Source: a virus
DNA length: 64,000 nucleotides
Strand: one strand, 5' to 3'
IMG/VR virus record: IMGVR_UViG_3300027503_000002
Of the stretch, positions 1-9,549 are shown piece after piece. A program made the position numbers and the translations under genes. The stretch's first letter is position 1, and the number at the start of each line of letters is the position of its first letter. The notes under the pieces are model-generated. The model made no database searches and was not told the origin of the DNA. It saw only the letters and a list, made by a program, of their open reading frames with translations.

Positions 1-408
1 GAATCGTCTATATCCTACAAATCTTTACTTTATAAGGATTTTGATAATATATGGCATTCACCATTCAACGGACTGCCTAGAGAATACAACCCAAAACACA
101 TAGTAAAAGGCTGGTTTGAAGACGATGTTGTCAAACTTAAGCAAGTAGATGCGGGCTTTCTGGAAAGAGATAATTCGTTTTTTGACGGTGTCCTAATAGA
201 CGGAAGCGAGTTTACTGGTTTAAGTGAGTTTGAGTTATTGAAGAATAGGGTTAATTATCTTTTCTTGGATGATGTTTTTCACGCATTCAAGACGAGAGAG
301 GTTGCAGATATTTTGCTTAGGGATTCTGGCTGGGAATGCCTTGGATATAGCCAGAACACAAGAAATGGCTTTATGGTATTCAAGAGAAAAAATCTCATCA
401 ATGGATAA
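1..408 (+). CDS. 5'-truncated ORF, probable class I SAM-dependent methyltransferase C-terminal part
   Basis: Frame 1 is open from base 1 to TAA at 406-408 (not in the ORF track). Contains FDGVLIDG...FLDDV...RNGF, resembling small sugar/cell-surface methyltransferases. Confidence 0.55.
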   Translation, partial: ESSISYKSLLYKDFDNIWHSPFNGLPREYNPKHIVKGWFEDDVVKLKQVDAGFLERDNSFFDGVLIDGSEFTGLSEFELLKNRVNYLFLDDVFHAFKTREVADILLRDSGWECLGYSQNTRNGFMVFKRKNLING

Positions 409-1348
409 TCCAAAGGATATTTTAACAAAGTTTTATTCTTCAAAAAAATGCACTAGGCCGATATTAAAAGATCTTGATAAGATAAAAGAATCTAATGAGT
501 TAAATTTAACAACTTTAAATATTGGACTTGGAGATGCAATTATTTTATCGTCTCTTACAAAAGACACTAGAAAAAAGTTAGATATTTATTCTTTAAATAG
601 GCACTGGCAAACTTTGTGCAAATTTAATAATAAACTAAATCCATCAGTACAAGAGGCAAAGAACAGGATTAGAGTAGAGATCCTGCACTTTTTTGATTGC
701 GGAAATGGACATCTGTATCAAAAAACACAAAGGGCTCTTGGCTTAGAAGTCGATACATTGCCTAAAGGATATCTAACTCCGACAGTAAAAACCTCTATTA
801 GAAAAAATAGAATTGCTATTAATTTTTCTACTGGACCAAGCGGCCTAGATCTGTTATCTGTTGGATTTAAAAACCCAAGAAGACTAGAAGATAATGCCAA
901 ACTTGAAATTGAAAAATTTATCAAAAATTCAAATTATAGTTTTGTAGAAATAGGGACTGAAAGAATGTTCGACTTTGATAATGTTGAAGACTTCACAAAC
1001 AGATCCGTTGAAGATTCACTGAATGAACTAAGCTCATGTGAATTTTTTATAGGGCTTAATAGTGGCTTTATGAACGCAGCATCATGTTTTGATATTAAGT
1101 CAATTATCATTGTGAATGTGCCAAGAATAGAAGATCTTTATCTACCGATAATTGTTGACTTCTACGATGACGAAACAAGAGCCGCGCAAGATCTTGAATG
1201 GCTGTTTCCGCAGAATGTGCATCTGCATCAAAATGGTGAAAATGAATTGGTTCCAATCGTATCAGAAGAAAATTTAAAAAAAGCAATTAATGGCGAGGTA
1301 TATCCTTATTGGAAATTTGATTTTCTTGATCTAATATTTACAACATGA
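401..1348 (+). CDS. GT9-like (heptosyltransferase-fold) glycosyltransferase
   Basis: GLGDAI N-terminal motif and FFIGLNSGFMNAASCF C-terminal motif. Start moved to ATG 401, which overlaps the upstream stop. Confidence 0.6.
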   Translation: MDNPKDILTKFYSSKKCTRPILKDLDKIKESNELNLTTLNIGLGDAIILSSLTKDTRKKLDIYSLNRHWQTLCKFNNKLNPSVQEAKNRIRVEILHFFDCGNGHLYQKTQRALGLEVDTLPKGYLTPTVKTSIRKNRIAINFSTGPSGLDLLSVGFKNPRRLEDNAKLEIEKFIKNSNYSFVEIGTERMFDFDNVEDFTNRSVEDSLNELSSCEFFIGLNSGFMNAASCFDIKSIIIVNVPRIEDLYLPIIVDFYDDETRAAQDLEWLFPQNVHLHQNGENELVPIVSEENLKKAINGEVYPYWKFDFLDLIFTT

Positions 1349-2487
1349 ACTGGCCGCTAAATGTAGACAACTTTACATTCGTTGATAGATTAAAAATTTG
1401 CTCCTTTATTCTTAATAAGAAGAACAGGTGGACGCAAGGGAATCTTATCTATCAGTTTGAACTAGCTATGGCGGATTTTGTTGACAGTAAGTACGCAGTA
1501 TACTGTTCAAGCGGCTCAACTGCGAACACGATGATTGCGATGTATCTTGCTGACAAAGAGAAAGATAAGAATATCGTAGTTTTTCCATCTACAACTTGGG
1601 CCACATCAGTTGGACCATTTATTAGAGAAGGATTTTTACCAAAATTTATTGACGTATCCCTTGAGGATCTTTGCTTTAACTATGATCTGCTTGAGGACTT
1701 TGTATCAAAAAACAAAGATAATATTGCTGCAATCTTTCCGACAAGCCTGCTAGGATTTGTTCCAGATATCCCTAGATTAAAGAAAATAGCTCAAACTTAT
1801 GGAGTAAGGCTAATGTTTGATAATTGCGAAAATACATTTGGGACTTATGATGGCAAAAACGTATCATCTTTTGTTACCTCCACTACAAGTACTTATTTCG
1901 GCCACCATCTTCAAAGCATAGAAGGCGGATTTGTATTCACAAATGATGTAGATGAATACGAATATTTCCTTATGCTTAGAAATCACGGGATGACAAGATC
2001 CGTAACAAATAATGCACGGTACGCCAATTTAGATGTTGATCCAAGATTTGATTTTTATTGCGTAGGGAATAATTTTCGAAACTCAGAAGTCCATGCGATG
2101 ACTGGCCTTCTTGATCTCAAAAAAGCAGACAAACATATAGAAACGAGACGCAGGCTTTACTCTTTATTTGACACATATCTTTCTGATCTTTATTATCTGC
2201 CGCCATTTGATGAAAAGAAGGAACATGTGGCTTTTGCCCTGCCAATCATACCGCTTAAGCAGGAAAGCAAGCAGCTCGCAATTAATTATTGCAATTCAAA
2301 GGGCATTGAAACAAGACCTATTATTTCTGGCAATCTGCTTAGACAAACTTGTTTTAAGCAGTTTGGCAACTACGCCGATTATCCAAATAGCGAGTTCCTG
2401 CATCACAATGGGTTCTATGTTGGTCTCCATACTAAACTCAAAGACTCTGACGTAAGAAATTTAGCCAAAGATCTCAACACTATTTAA
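1345..2487 (+). CDS. DegT/DnrJ-family PLP enzyme, ColD-like GDP-4-keto-6-deoxymannose 3-dehydratase
   Basis: SSGSTAN, DNCE and STYFGHHLQSIEGG, with His at the catalytic-Lys position. GIETRPIISGNL near the C-terminus. No Fe-S Cys cluster of the RfbH/E1 type. Confidence 0.8.
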   Translation: MNWPLNVDNFTFVDRLKICSFILNKKNRWTQGNLIYQFELAMADFVDSKYAVYCSSGSTANTMIAMYLADKEKDKNIVVFPSTTWATSVGPFIREGFLPKFIDVSLEDLCFNYDLLEDFVSKNKDNIAAIFPTSLLGFVPDIPRLKKIAQTYGVRLMFDNCENTFGTYDGKNVSSFVTSTTSTYFGHHLQSIEGGFVFTNDVDEYEYFLMLRNHGMTRSVTNNARYANLDVDPRFDFYCVGNNFRNSEVHAMTGLLDLKKADKHIETRRRLYSLFDTYLSDLYYLPPFDEKKEHVAFALPIIPLKQESKQLAINYCNSKGIETRPIISGNLLRQTCFKQFGNYADYPNSEFLHHNGFYVGLHTKLKDSDVRNLAKDLNTI

Positions 2488-2488
2488 A

Positions 2489-2845
2489 ATGTCAACCGAA
2501 AGAATAAATAAAATTAGCGAGCTTCTTCTAGAGGAGATCTCGGAACGGTTTGACAAAGAGCCGATCCACTCTTCTGATATCGAGTTTAGTGAAAGCTTCG
2601 CTGAAATCATGGATCGCTTTATTGTTCTGCACATTAGAATGTGGAAGCTGGAAGATGCGATTGCCGATGCAAAGACGGACGCCGAAGTCGCAGACTTGAA
2701 AAGGAAAGTCGATTACTGTTTCAAAGATCGCCGCCCGAAGTTAACAAAGGCAATTAATTCATATCTTGACGTTTATGTTAACAAGAATAACGTCAAAAAG
2801 TTTTCAGAAGAAAACGTTAAACTTTATAAAGGATTTAAAAATTAA
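2489..2845 (+). CDS. small helical protein (DUF4254-like) in sugar cluster
   Basis: DRFIVLHIRMWKLED motif; tightly packed in the operon. Confidence 0.5.
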   Translation: MSTERINKISELLLEEISERFDKEPIHSSDIEFSESFAEIMDRFIVLHIRMWKLEDAIADAKTDAEVADLKRKVDYCFKDRRPKLTKAINSYLDVYVNKNNVKKFSEENVKLYKGFKN

Positions 2846-3873
2846 TGAAAAAAGTAATCATTACAGGAGTTACTGGTCAGGATGGTAGTCATATGGCAGA
2901 TTACCTTTTAACTAACACTGATGTTCAAATTTTTGGTGCAGTTCGTCGTCTTAGTGTTTCCAACCATAAAAATATTAGCCATATTTCCGATCCAAGATTC
3001 AAGCTTATCGACCTTGATATTGGTGACCCAGAAAGCGTAAATAACGCGATATTCAAATACAAGCCGGATTATTTTATTAATTTAGCGGCAAACTCCTTTG
3101 TAGGGACAAGTTGGGAAATGCCAGTCAACCATATGCAAACCAACTGTATGGGAGTGCTTTATCAACTTGAGGCAATTAGAAAGTTTGTTCCAAACTGTCG
3201 CTACTACAACGCAGGCTCCTCAGAGGAATTTGGAGATGTTACCTTTAGCCCCCAAACAGAATTTCATCCACTTAGACCCAGAAGTCCATACGGAGCATCA
3301 AAAGCTGCCGCAAGACAAGTTGTAAAAGTATGGAGAGACTCTTACAATCTTTATGCAGTTCAAGGCTGGCTTTTTAATCACGAAGGAACTCGCAGAGGCT
3401 CAGAGTTTGTCACTAGAAAGATCACCAAGGGAGTTGCAAAAATTAAAAAGGCAATAGACTCAAATAACTTTATTGAGGCTATAAAGCTAGGCAATCTTGA
3501 GTCAAAGCGCGATTGGAGTGATGCTGAAGACTTTGTTCATGGTATTTGGCTGATGCTTAATCAGGAAAAGCCAAAGGACTATGTGCTTTCTTCTGACGAA
3601 ACTCATACTGTTAGAGAATTTGTAGAACTGTCTTTTGCTGCGGCTGGTATCGAAGGTCAATGGCTCGGCAACCGAGGAACCATCGAAGAAGTCTTTATAA
3701 ATAAGGAAAGCAGACTTCCTATGGTAATGATCGATCCAAAGTTCTTCCGCCCAGCTGAAGTCGAACTGCTTCTTGGCGATTCTACAATGGCCAGAAGTGA
3801 GCTTGGCTGGCGACCCAAGACAAGCTTCTTCCAGCTTGTTAAAAAGATGACGCTCAACGACCTTGCTCAATGA
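2845..3873 (+). CDS. gmd: GDP-mannose 4,6-dehydratase
   Basis: ITGVTGQDGS, SSEEFG, PRSPYGASK, LFNHEG.RRG.EFVTRKIT, RDW, FRPAEV.LL.GD motifs. Confidence 0.95.
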   Translation: MKKVIITGVTGQDGSHMADYLLTNTDVQIFGAVRRLSVSNHKNISHISDPRFKLIDLDIGDPESVNNAIFKYKPDYFINLAANSFVGTSWEMPVNHMQTNCMGVLYQLEAIRKFVPNCRYYNAGSSEEFGDVTFSPQTEFHPLRPRSPYGASKAAARQVVKVWRDSYNLYAVQGWLFNHEGTRRGSEFVTRKITKGVAKIKKAIDSNNFIEAIKLGNLESKRDWSDAEDFVHGIWLMLNQEKPKDYVLSSDETHTVREFVELSFAAAGIEGQWLGNRGTIEEVFINKESRLPMVMIDPKFFRPAEVELLLGDSTMARSELGWRPKTSFFQLVKKMTLNDLAQ

Positions 3874-4820
3874 ACCATATCCTAGCTTATTGCGTACTGA
3901 ATGAATTTCATCCATCAAGATTAAATATCTCAAGAGATTTAAACAGCGTAAATCTTTTTAGAAACGAAGCTCACTGCTCCATCTCTAGGGATGGAGTTCG
4001 TGTTTTAAGAAAGTCAAATTGGATCGACGAGATACGACTTAATTTCTTTATCCAATTTACAGACGCAACCATTAGAAGCTATAATTTGTGCGATCTTGAT
4101 TTTGAAGCCATTGTAAACTTTAACGATGGTCCGCAGAACGACTCAAAGGAAACAAGGCTGTGCTTTGCGCGTCCAAGAAACAGTCCACACATCTGCATTC
4201 CAGATTCTCATTTGTCGCGAACAGCTAGCATCTGTAGCCAAATAGAGAGCGTGGATATTCCATTTGAAGAAAAAATGGATAAAGCGATTTTTTGCGGGTC
4301 AGATACTGGCGCAAAGCACAATGGTTCAGTGCAAAGAATTGATCTTTGCAGAAAGTACAGATACAGCCAACTAGTAGACGCTAAGATTACAAACTTTGTC
4401 GAATTTCCCTTTGAGGATGGCATCGCTGGAGCTTATATCAGTATTGCTGATCAATTAAAATATAAATATATTTTAAATGTCAATGGCAACACCACATCTT
4501 GGGAGAGGCTAATCTGGGCAATGAAATCAAATTCTATTTGTATTTATGTTCGCCCTCCGTCGTATCAAGATGAGATTTCTTGGTACTATCATATGTTTGA
4601 TGTCATTCAGGGCGTAATTTATGTTGATCAAGACTGTATCGAACACTTTATGGCACAGATGGGAAATGATAAAAATTACATTCAATCAATTAAAAATTGT
4701 CAAAAATATCTAGCAAATGCTCTTGACAAACCAGACGTTCATGCCGCATACTTCTCCGCAATCCTAAAAGCTTATAACAGTTATTACAATGGAGGCGGCG
4801 ATGTTCAAAAACTCAGTTAA
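3870..4820 (+). CDS. GT90/CAP10-like glycosyltransferase
   Basis: PFEEK..KAIFCGS.TG and QLKYKYILNVNGNTTSWERL.WAM.SNS motifs. Confidence 0.7.
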   Translation: MNHILAYCVLNEFHPSRLNISRDLNSVNLFRNEAHCSISRDGVRVLRKSNWIDEIRLNFFIQFTDATIRSYNLCDLDFEAIVNFNDGPQNDSKETRLCFARPRNSPHICIPDSHLSRTASICSQIESVDIPFEEKMDKAIFCGSDTGAKHNGSVQRIDLCRKYRYSQLVDAKITNFVEFPFEDGIAGAYISIADQLKYKYILNVNGNTTSWERLIWAMKSNSICIYVRPPSYQDEISWYYHMFDVIQGVIYVDQDCIEHFMAQMGNDKNYIQSIKNCQKYLANALDKPDVHAAYFSAILKAYNSYYNGGGDVQKLS

Positions 4821-5424
4821 CTTAATCGGTATCTATGGCGACGATCTTACTCACGCTTGTTCTGCTTGGACTTCAACCAGTCGTGACATCAATGAAGAAA
4901 AGAAGGGCAGAGTGGGCGATCTACTCAAGATGCTGGCTGAAAATGGACACCACACTCCCTTTGAAAAATCCTCCCTGCATTTTCTAATAAAGACAGACAT
5001 AGCCTCTCATATTCATCTAATCAAGCATAGAGTTGGCGTATCGGTAAACGGAGAATCTGCAAGATACAAGGAGATCAAAGAGGATGACTATCTTGTTCCG
5101 CAAGATTGGCCAGATACTTGGAAGGAGATCCTCTCTACCCATACCGAAAGAGGAATGGATCTGTATCACAAGTGTATCGAAGACCTAGTTAAGAACTATG
5201 GCTTCACCAGAAAGCGCGCAAAGGAGTCAGCTAGATTCTTCCGTGGGTATAATACCCAGATTACAAGCGATGTAATGTTTAATTGGCGCTCGTTTTATCA
5301 CTTCTTAAACCTTCGTAATAAGCAAGATGCACAAGTAGAGATTCGCAATATTGCATCAGAGATGCTTGAACTTGTAAAAGAAACCAACAAGTTCCCACTT
5401 ACAATACAAGCTTTTAAGCTTTAA
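4801..5424 (+). CDS. thyX: flavin-dependent thymidylate synthase ThyX
   Basis: GHHTPFE, KHR-x7-SARY, ESAR, NWRSFYHFLNLR...AQVEIR. Confidence 0.93.
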   Translation: MFKNSVNLIGIYGDDLTHACSAWTSTSRDINEEKKGRVGDLLKMLAENGHHTPFEKSSLHFLIKTDIASHIHLIKHRVGVSVNGESARYKEIKEDDYLVPQDWPDTWKEILSTHTERGMDLYHKCIEDLVKNYGFTRKRAKESARFFRGYNTQITSDVMFNWRSFYHFLNLRNKQDAQVEIRNIASEMLELVKETNKFPLTIQAFKL

Positions 5425-5430
5425 GTGTAA
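5425..5430 (+). promoter_or_regulatory. GTGTAA putative late promoter
   Basis: AGTGTAAATA, 8 nt before GTG 5439; the motif recurs before other late-type genes. Confidence 0.6.
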
Positions 5431-5438
5431 ATAGTGGT

Positions 5439-5870
5439 GTGACCACTGAACTCATAAGCCTGTTTGGCGGCGCCATAACAGGCTTTATTTTTAGAATAAT
5501 TGCATTAAAGGCAGAAGAAAGCAAGAATCGCTTTGATCGGATGATGAACGCAATTGATAAGCAGGACGAATCTGCTGACAAAGCAGCAAACAGAGACCCA
5601 GATTTTGGCAAGGTAATTAGACGAATGATAGTGATGTCGGTCATATTCTCTATCGTTATATCTCCGTTTGTGATGGCAATTCTTGGAATCCCAACTTATT
5701 TAGAAGTTAGTTATCAGGATGGCGGCGGGCTGTTTGGCTTTTTAGCCGATAAAACCAAGACCGCCTTTGTTGAAATTTCTGGCAATTTAATTACCACCGA
5801 GATAAGACAGTGCCTAATCGCCATTACTGGATTTTATTTTGGTTCTGCCGCCGCAGCAAATAAGTCCTGA
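5439..5870 (+). CDS. membrane protein, possible holin
   Basis: Two or three hydrophobic segments and a C-terminal GFYFG; GTGTAA motif upstream. Confidence 0.45.
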   Translation: MTTELISLFGGAITGFIFRIIALKAEESKNRFDRMMNAIDKQDESADKAANRDPDFGKVIRRMIVMSVIFSIVISPFVMAILGIPTYLEVSYQDGGGLFGFLADKTKTAFVEISGNLITTEIRQCLIAITGFYFGSAAAANKS

Positions 5871-5909
5871 AAGGCTTGACAAGGTTAGGGAGATCGCTGA
5901 AGCTGGGTT

Positions 5910-6239
5910 ATGAAGCAAAGGATTAATAGGCGAAATTATATTAATAATTTTGTCAACATTCCTAAGAATGCTGGCAAAGAATTCTGGATCAAGGAGATGG
6001 TATTATTCAAGAGACTTGAAGCCACTTATGGGATCGAGTTTCTTTCGCAATTTGTTCCACCAGAAAAGATTGCATCACTTGCGATGTTCTTTTCTGATTA
6101 TGGCAAGAAAAGGCTTGAAAGCTACAAGAACCAATTTTACTATCGTCCACAAGTTATCGAACGTCCGGTTATCTCCGAAAAAGTTGGAGATGACGTTCAA
6201 ATTAAAACCAAAAAAACACTTAGAGATTTTCTACAATGA
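5910..6239 (+). CDS. hypothetical protein
   Basis: TTGACA at 5876 upstream; ATGA overlap with recA. Confidence 0.7.
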   Translation: MKQRINRRNYINNFVNIPKNAGKEFWIKEMVLFKRLEATYGIEFLSQFVPPEKIASLAMFFSDYGKKRLESYKNQFYYRPQVIERPVISEKVGDDVQIKTKKTLRDFLQ

Positions 6240-7393
6240 GCAAGAAGGCAAAAGAAGAACAGAAAGAAGATGGCATTTCATCCAAGAGTATTCTTGGCGA
6301 TTTTTTAAAGTCCAACAAGGACGACCATTACAATTTCGAAGAGTCTGTAAACTACAAGGTTTCTACAGGCTCTTTGAATATGGATATGCAAACAGGCGGC
6401 GGTCTTGGACCAGGTCTACATCGCTTCGTAGGCTTTACCGAGGGCGGCAAGACCTCTGCGTCACTTGAGGTTATGCGGAACTTCCTCAATACCGTTCCAA
6501 GCTCAAAGGGCTTTTATATTAAAGCCGAGGGTCGCCTTTCCCCAGAGATGCAAAAGAGAAGCGGAGTAAAGTTCGTGTTTGACCCGTCCGAATGGGAGGC
6601 TGGCACCTGTTTTGTTTTTGAATCGAACATCTATGAGACCGTCGTAGACGCAATGCGAAAGCTGGTAATGTACAACGACGAAAAGAACAAGTATATGTTC
6701 ATCGTTGATTCTGTTGACGGACTCATTGCGAAGAACGATCTTGATAAGACTTTTGAAGAGTCTGTAAAGGTCGCTGGTGGCGCCGTTATCGCAGCAAACC
6801 TTATGAAAAAGATTTCTATCGCGCTTACCAAGCGCGGGCATATGGCGATCTTTATCTCTCAGGTCAGAAGCGATATCAAACTGGACCCTTACAGTTCAGC
6901 ACCAATCCGCCAAACATCCGCCACTGGTGGCAATGCCCTGCTTCACTTTGCTAATTTTATCTTTGAATTTGAGCCTCGCTTTGAGGGAGATATTATCCTT
7001 AAAGACCCAAGCATAAAGAAGTCAGACCCGATAAAAAACCCAATCATCGGACACAACTGTAAGATTTATATCAAAAAAAGTCCAAATGAGAAGAGCAAGA
7101 ATAGAGTTACATATCCAATCAAGTATGGACGCAGCAATGGCAGATCCGTATGGGTTGAGAAGGAGATTGTTGATATGCTGCTTACTTGGGAACTCGTAAG
7201 TCGTGCTGGAGCTTGGTATGCCGTATCGGAAGATCTTGCCAAAATTGCCAAGGATATCGGCATAGATATGCCTGAAAAATTTCAAGGGGAAAACGCGGTC
7301 TTTGAATTTATTGAAGCCAACGAAAAGCTGACTAAGACCCTGCACAAGTACTTCATTAATATTATCGCTGAGAACTCAGCAAATGAAGTTTAA
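6236..7393 (+). CDS. recA: RecA/UvsX-like recombinase
   Basis: VSTGSL..D...GGG, Walker A GFTEGGKT, IVDSV, FISQVR, TGGNAL, GAWY. Confidence 0.9.
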   Translation: MSKKAKEEQKEDGISSKSILGDFLKSNKDDHYNFEESVNYKVSTGSLNMDMQTGGGLGPGLHRFVGFTEGGKTSASLEVMRNFLNTVPSSKGFYIKAEGRLSPEMQKRSGVKFVFDPSEWEAGTCFVFESNIYETVVDAMRKLVMYNDEKNKYMFIVDSVDGLIAKNDLDKTFEESVKVAGGAVIAANLMKKISIALTKRGHMAIFISQVRSDIKLDPYSSAPIRQTSATGGNALLHFANFIFEFEPRFEGDIILKDPSIKKSDPIKNPIIGHNCKIYIKKSPNEKSKNRVTYPIKYGRSNGRSVWVEKEIVDMLLTWELVSRAGAWYAVSEDLAKIAKDIGIDMPEKFQGENAVFEFIEANEKLTKTLHKYFINIIAENSANEV

Positions 7394-7793
7394 GACCCTA
7401 AATGGCAAAGAGCGCTTTCTTAAAAATGCTAAAAAATACATAATTAATTGGGAAGCGAAATCCAAAAGCAACATCCAATGGAGGGTAAAGCAGTTTTTAT
7501 TACCCTACTGGAAGTACGACGTTGTGTTTGAGGAGATAAGGGTTGTAGGAACCCGCCTATCTCTTGACATTTATAATGCAAATAAAAAGATAGCGATAGA
7601 GGTTCAGGGCAAGCAGCATCAAACCTACAACCCTTATTTCCACGGCAATGATCGGCGTAAGTGGTTGTCCCAGCTTAAACGTGACGATTTAAAGTTGCAA
7701 TTTTGCTTGACAAACGGCATAAAGCTGGTAGAAATCTACGAGACCGATCTCATCTGCAAAGAAACGTTCGAAAAGCAAGGAATCATTTTATAA
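7383..7793 (+). CDS. PD-(D/E)XK endonuclease (DUF559/Vsr-like)
   Basis: LDIY...IAIEVQG.QH...RD..K..FC..NGI.LVEI. Confidence 0.8.
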   Translation: MKFKTLNGKERFLKNAKKYIINWEAKSKSNIQWRVKQFLLPYWKYDVVFEEIRVVGTRLSLDIYNANKKIAIEVQGKQHQTYNPYFHGNDRRKWLSQLKRDDLKLQFCLTNGIKLVEIYETDLICKETFEKQGIIL

Positions 7794-8032
7794 TGAGCCA
7801 AGAATCAAAAGATAAGGAATTTTTGTTCCCACCAGAGATGGTTGAGCAAATTTACGAACTCTCTGGAGGCGCAGAGAGTTATAAAGGCTTAATCCTATGT
7901 GTATGCACCCAGAATGGAGTGCCTCAAATCTTTACTAGATTTGATTCCGTAGTAACTTCCCTTGGTCTTAAAAAGGCGCTTGAGGAATATCTCAACTCTG
8001 AAGAGATGGATGTTAGAGACGACGAAATCTAA
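7793..8032 (+). CDS. hypothetical protein
   Basis: TAATG overlaps at both ends; start taken as ATG 7793. Confidence 0.7.
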   Translation: MSQESKDKEFLFPPEMVEQIYELSGGAESYKGLILCVCTQNGVPQIFTRFDSVVTSLGLKKALEEYLNSEEMDVRDDEI

Positions 8033-9549
8033 TGCTTTATTCCCTAGAAGTAGAGAAGCAGCTTTTGGCTGGACTTATCCAGCACCCAGATGCCTACGCA
8101 GAGATCTGCGACTTCATATCTGAAGCTGATTTTTATTCTGAAGAAACGGTCGTTCACAAGACGATCTACCACATTCTCCGAAAGTGTATGGAGAGCAATG
8201 AGAAGATTGACGAGATCATCATTGCTCAAAGAATCAAGGAAATCGGTATATCCTTTGAGGATAATATCGACATCTTCGACTATCTTCGCTCTCTCGCTCT
8301 TCGCAAGACGAACAAATCCACCGCAGTTTCTGCGGCGAAAGAGATTAAAAAATACTCTATTCGCCGCACAATCCACAGGTCAGCTTTGGACGTAGCGGAC
8401 AAGATGAAGAAAATCGCTCCCGATTCTTCTTATCAGAAGATCATCGAAGAAGCCGATTCCGCATTTAATAAGACAATCAATCTTTATGAAAACAATGATG
8501 AAAAGCCCGTTAACATCTTTGAGGAAATGGAGAATGTTATTGAAGAGCGCGGGAACAACCCTATTACTGAATTTGGCTTCATGGGGCCATTCCCAACTGT
8601 TAACAAGATTTACGGCTCTCTTCTGAGACCGGGCAACATCTCAGTTATCGTTGCTCGCTCTGGCGTAGGCAAGACCCTGCTTGCCTTAAACTATTCTACC
8701 AAGGTTTCAGCAAAGTACGATGTGCCCGTTCTTCATTTTGATAATGGAGAAATGAGTAAAGAAGAAGTGATTATGCGCCAATGCGCTGCGCTTAGTCACG
8801 TTCCAGTTCACTTGCTTGAGAGCGGACTCTGGCGCAAGGCTGGTGCAGAGACTGTCGATAAGGTCAGGGCAACTTGGAATCAAATCAAGAATCTAAAGTT
8901 CTACTACTACAACGTAGGTGGAATGACAACCGACCAGATGATCAATAATCTGAAGAGGTTTTATTACTCAAGAATTGGCCGAGGCAATCCGCTCATCTTT
9001 AGCTTTGACTACATCAAGCCTTCTGCCGATTCGGACAGCAATAAGCCGGAATGGCAAGTGATCGGAGATATGTTGAATAAGTTTAAGAAGACTATCCAGA
9101 GAGATATCGTGCAAGATCAAAAGCCCTGTATTACGATGTTCACATCTGTTCAGTCTAACCGTAGCGGTGTTACTACCAACCGTGCAGCAGACGCAATCAA
9201 TGATGACGAAAGCATTGTTTCGATGTCTGACCGAATTACTCATTATTGTTCACATATGGCAATCCTGCGCCAAAAGACTCTTGATGAGCGGGCCGAGGAA
9301 GGTCAGGACTTTGGTACGCATAAATTAATTTTTGTTAAAAATAGATTCTTGGGCTCCGATATTGCTGGCGCCGTTGAACCCGTCAGAATGCCAGATGGCA
9401 CTCTGAAGCGTAATTTTATCAATCTTCGTTTTAACAACTTTGATGTTGAAGAGCGCGGAGACCTCCGCGATATTGTCCGAGCAATGGATACTGGAATCAG
9501 TCCACTTGAGCAAAACAATGACCAGAACGATGTCCCGAACTTCAATTGA
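8032..9549 (+). CDS. dnaB: replicative DNA helicase DnaB-like
   Basis: N-terminal E..LL..L, Walker A ARSGVGKT, EMS, FDYIK, QSNR, KNR. Confidence 0.9.
   Translation: MLYSLEVEKQLLAGLIQHPDAYAEICDFISEADFYSEETVVHKTIYHILRKCMESNEKIDEIIIAQRIKEIGISFEDNIDIFDYLRSLALRKTNKSTAVSAAKEIKKYSIRRTIHRSALDVADKMKKIAPDSSYQKIIEEADSAFNKTINLYENNDEKPVNIFEEMENVIEERGNNPITEFGFMGPFPTVNKIYGSLLRPGNISVIVARSGVGKTLLALNYSTKVSAKYDVPVLHFDNGEMSKEEVIMRQCAALSHVPVHLLESGLWRKAGAETVDKVRATWNQIKNLKFYYYNVGGMTTDQMINNLKRFYYSRIGRGNPLIFSFDYIKPSADSDSNKPEWQVIGDMLNKFKKTIQRDIVQDQKPCITMFTSVQSNRSGVTTNRAADAINDDESIVSMSDRITHYCSHMAILRQKTLDERAEEGQDFGTHKLIFVKNRFLGSDIAGAVEPVRMPDGTLKRNFINLRFNNFDVEERGDLRDIVRAMDTGISPLEQNNDQNDVPNFN

Noticed and set aside
269-400. 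ORF-track N-terminal extensions (269, 7703, 9440, 42587, 43996, 58494, 59613, 62201)
   Set aside because: They overlap upstream genes or RNAs; downstream starts fit stop-start coupling or promoter spacing better.
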